Shown piece after piece: positions 60,989-64,000 of a DNA stretch of 64,000 nt. This DNA is from Syntrophales bacterium. Its GTDB lineage: Bacteria; Desulfobacterota; Syntrophia; Syntrophales; PHBD01. The notes below the pieces were generated by a model. It did no database searches. It had not been told where the DNA came from and saw only the letters and a list, made by a program, of their open reading frames with translations. How positions within the stretch are numbered: position 1 is the first letter of the stretch; every line of letters begins with the position of its first letter. Where the stretch lies: contig OY764159.1 of the NCBI GenBank assembly GCA_963668175.1, positions 928,001 through 992,000 of the forward strand, read 5' to 3'. Both the position numbers and the translations under genes were made by a program.

Positions 60989-63202
60989 TCATCGTGGCGA
61001 CATCGACGTTGTCATCGTGTTCCTATCGGGGGACGCCGCCCTCATCCTGTCTTCGACATACCGCATGGCCTGCAGCGCGGTAGCGTCCTGCGGCTGAATA
61101 ACGAGTACCTTCCGGAACTGGATCACGGCTTCGGCCGTTTTTCCCTGTATCAGGAGGGCGCTGCCCAACCGGTTCAGGGCATTGATATTGGCGGGATCGA
61201 TCTGTACAGTTTCCCGGAACTGCCGTATCCCCTCTTCGATCTGTCCCTGCGATACCAGGATGTTTCCCAGGTTCATGCGGGCGCTCACATTCCTCGGATT
61301 CAGGCGGAGGGCCTCCTGGAATTGGATAATGGCCTCGCGTATTTTTCCTTGGCTGCGTAAAGCGATCCCCAGGTTATTATAGGCGGCATCCGCATACTGC
61401 GGATTGAGTTCTATGGCTTTCTTATATTGACTGGTCGCATTGTCCGTCTTGCCTTGTTTGGTTTGAATATCGCCGAGGAGAAAAAAACTCTTCGGATTAT
61501 TCGGATCAATGGTCAGGGCTTTCTGAATGTGAGCCATGGCTTCTTCCGTCTTCCCCCGGGTATGCAGCAACGAAGCCATATCTGTATAGGATTCAACGAA
61601 ATGCGGATCGATCCGTATCGCCTCCCGAAATTGTTTTTCCGCTTCGTCAAACTTGCCTTGCAGCGCTAGCGTATTGCCCAAACCAACCCGCGCGCGTGCG
61701 TAATCAGGTTTCGACCTTACAGCTTCATCAAATTGGACCACGGAATCCCCGAGTCTTCCCTGGGCGGCATACAATACACCAAGTTGATTGTGGGCCAGGT
61801 AGTTGCGCGATGTCACGGAAACGGCATGTTCAAACAGGGTGGTGCTGTTCTTCCAGTATCCGATCTGTTTCCAGGTTACAACCGTGAGTGCAGTCGTAAC
61901 GGCGGCGGCAATCGAGAAAAGGATGACTTTGTGTTTCCGAATTTTTTGCCCAAGATCGCTTATCGCCCAAGTGACGATGATAAACAAACCTACAAGGGGT
62001 ATATACACGTGACGGTCCGCCATGGCTTGTTCACCTGCCTGAACTATGCCGATGACGGGAATGAGAGTCCCTAGATACCAGAACCACCCGGTCAGGAGGT
62101 AGGGTTTACTCTTTCGAAAGTAAAGGACGGCGGCCGTCAAAAGAAGGAGCAGAACCGCGGATGCCGCAACCCAGCCCGCAGGCAGCGGAGTGCGATACGG
62201 GTAGAAGACGGCGAGATTGATAGGCCACAACATGTTCCAAATGTAAGAGGCGTACGATAGGATCGCGTTTCCGAGGCGCTGTACCAAAGGAATTTCCGAA
62301 TTGATCCCTCCCAAGCTCTTATGAAAATAGAAGGTCATGAAGCTTGCGATCAGGGAAAGAATCATTAGAGGGATCTTTTCCCAAAACAGAGAAACCGTCG
62401 TAGGGGGTACGAAACGCCGGATATCGGCGGCCTGCTTGCTCGTCTGTCTGATTGGCTCAGGCTGCCGTCTTTTTTTCCCGGTTTCTTTAAACTCGGGTTT
62501 TCTTATAACCTTGGGTTCGGGTGACGGCATCGGAACAAGCGAGAAACGTCCCAACGGCCAGTAGTCGAGCAGCAGCAGGACAAACGGCAAGGTGACAATC
62601 ATGGATTTTGACATAAGCCCCAGAGAGAAAAAGACGATCATGGACAGGTATGTCGAAAAGGTGGGACGCCTAATATAATAAAGGTAGCCGGCAACCGTGA
62701 GGAGACCGAAAAACGTACTCAGGACGTCTCTTCGCTCCGTCGCCCAGGCGACGGATTCCACGTGGAGAGGGTGGACGGCGAACATAGCTGCGACGAAGGC
62801 GCTTCGCCAGGGTGCTCGTGTCGTATAATTAAGGATGAAAAAAAGAATCAACGTATTCAGAACATGCAACAGGAGATTCGTCAGATGATAACCCGCCGGG
62901 TTCAGTCCGTATAAACGATAATCCAGCATCAGGGAAAGCCAGGTTATCGGATGCCAGTGGGGTGCTTCTTTGTTAGCGGCGCAAAAGGTAAAAGTACAGG
63001 CCATACCCTTCAGAGTGAATCCGTTGCGAAGGGTTTGGCTGTCTGTAATATGGAACGGGTCGTCATAATTGACGAAATCATGATCCTTAACCTGCCAATA
63101 GGGAATTAAAATCAGGATGATGAGGATGGCGCTTATCAGAAGTATCTGGAGACGCTTATTTTGTGTCAATTGTTCGAGGACTTGCATTGTAGGAGTGGTC
63201 AT
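60989..63202 (-). CDS. TMTC-like GT-C membrane protein with long TPR array
   Basis: YDD, HPLHVESVAW..ERRDVL, ADRHVY.P, WKNS..LF; paralogue of 52934-54898. Confidence 0.82.
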   Translation of the reverse strand: MTTPTMQVLEQLTQNKRLQILLISAILIILILIPYWQVKDHDFVNYDDPFHITDSQTLRNGFTLKGMACTFTFCAANKEAPHWHPITWLSLMLDYRLYGLNPAGYHLTNLLLHVLNTLILFFILNYTTRAPWRSAFVAAMFAVHPLHVESVAWATERRDVLSTFFGLLTVAGYLYYIRRPTFSTYLSMIVFFSLGLMSKSMIVTLPFVLLLLDYWPLGRFSLVPMPSPEPKVIRKPEFKETGKKRRQPEPIRQTSKQAADIRRFVPPTTVSLFWEKIPLMILSLIASFMTFYFHKSLGGINSEIPLVQRLGNAILSYASYIWNMLWPINLAVFYPYRTPLPAGWVAASAVLLLLLTAAVLYFRKSKPYLLTGWFWYLGTLIPVIGIVQAGEQAMADRHVYIPLVGLFIIVTWAISDLGQKIRKHKVILFSIAAAVTTALTVVTWKQIGYWKNSTTLFEHAVSVTSRNYLAHNQLGVLYAAQGRLGDSVVQFDEAVRSKPDYARARVGLGNTLALQGKFDEAEKQFREAIRIDPHFVESYTDMASLLHTRGKTEEAMAHIQKALTIDPNNPKSFFLLGDIQTKQGKTDNATSQYKKAIELNPQYADAAYNNLGIALRSQGKIREAIIQFQEALRLNPRNVSARMNLGNILVSQGQIEEGIRQFRETVQIDPANINALNRLGSALLIQGKTAEAVIQFRKVLVIQPQDATALQAMRYVEDRMRAASPDRNTMTTSMSPR

Positions 63203-63241
63203 TCAGCGTTTCCTTGGGATGAATGCTGCAATATCAACTTT

Positions 63242-64000
63242 TTATTGTGCTTCCGTTGCCTGATCCTCCGCGAACGAGGAATCTTTAAAACCGATCCCTG
63301 CCTCGAGCCTCTCCAGCAATTCCATCAGGCTTGCCGGTTGAAGTGCCGAGATGGCCGTCGCCTGAAAGCGCCCACAAAGGGTTTTGAGAAGCACCCGGTC
63401 GGAGAACCGGTCCTGTTTGTTGAATACCCGGATGACGGGCTTATCCTCGACATGCAGTTCCTGTAAGATACTCTCCACAGCCGTGATGTGTTTCTCGAAA
63501 TCGGGATTGCTGACATCGATCACATGAAGGAGCATGTCCGCTTCCTGAAGTTCACCCAGGGTTGCCCGGAAGGCCGCAAACAGTTCCTTGGGCAGGTCTC
63601 TGATGAATCCGACTGTATCGGTAATGATCGCCTGGGTGTCTCGGGGGAAGCGCAGGCGGGCACTCTTGGGATCAAGGGTGGCGAAGAGCAGGTCCTCCGC
63701 GAAGACCTGACTTTTCGTCAGCGTATTTAAAAGCGTCGATTTGCCCGCATTGGTGTAGCCGACGATCGAAACGACGGGAAGTCTCCCGCGTTTCCGCTTC
63801 ATCCGGCGCTGTCCCCTGGCTTTTTCTATCTCCTTCATGTCCTTTTCAAGGCGGTGAATGCGTTCCCGGATTCGCCGCCGGTCGATTTCCAGCTTGGTCT
63901 CTCCCGGCCCGCGGCTGCCGATGCCGCCCGTCAGCCGCGACATGGCTGCTCCTTTACCGGTCAGCCTCGGCAGCAAGTATTTCAATTGTGCCAACTCTAC
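63242..64000 (-). CDS. hflX: GTPase HflX, C-terminal part (5' end outside the window)
   Basis: [33 protein letters not shown]. Confidence 0.96.
   Translation of the reverse strand, partial: VELAQLKYLLPRLTGKGAAMSRLTGGIGSRGPGETKLEIDRRRIRERIHRLEKDMKEIEKARGQRRMKRKRGRLPVVSIVGYTNAGKSTLLNTLTKSQVFAEDLLFATLDPKSARLRFPRDTQAIITDTVGFIRDLPKELFAAFRATLGELQEADMLLHVIDVSNPDFEKHITAVESILQELHVEDKPVIRVFNKQDRFSDRVLLKTLCGRFQATAISALQPASLMELLERLEAGIGFKDSSFAEDQATEAQ

Noticed and set aside
1..64000. CRISPR arrays, rRNA, transposases, prophage or defence genes
   Set aside because: None recognised in the sequence or translations.

Overview
GC-rich bacterial chromosomal window, most likely an anaerobic Desulfobacterota (Syntrophales-like) organism; this is inferred from gene content only. 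I see no mobile element, prophage or CRISPR array. From left to right it contains: a partial ABHD18/DUF2048-like hydrolase; a minus-strand cell-wall precursor run (L,D-transpeptidase, dapL, dapF, giant GlmS-like protein, GlmU-like acetyltransferase domain, Fis-like protein, moaC); an RND efflux operon; comM, ilvE, lolA, yhbY, uvrB, surE, an LpoA-like protein, dnaK-grpE-gmhA; an NrdD paralogue; SPFH and zinc-ribbon genes; CheX; an M16C peptidase; a transglutaminase/ABC operon; kdsD and mltB; a PAS-LuxR regulator with a CoA ligase and BCR/2-hydroxyacyl-CoA dehydratase cluster; an RHH-PilZ gene; tRNA-Val(CAC); four TMTC-like GT-C/TPR membrane proteins around rfbB; and partial hflX. Best leads: (1) a full-length class III ribonucleotide reductase paralogue that has lost the glycyl-radical Gly (RITQY) and both catalytic Cys but keeps its ATP-cone and Zn ribbon; (2) a four-gene TMTC-like candidate protein glycosylation cluster; (3) a ribbon-helix-helix/PilZ fusion, a candidate c-di-GMP-responsive transcription factor; (4) a 1247-aa GlmS with a 46-aa leader before its catalytic Cys, paired with a half-GlmU. 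Smaller leads are a DARS-like DnaA-box cluster, a structured RND 5' leader and a 54-aa membrane protein missing from the ORF track. All family calls come from motif recognition by eye; no searches were run.
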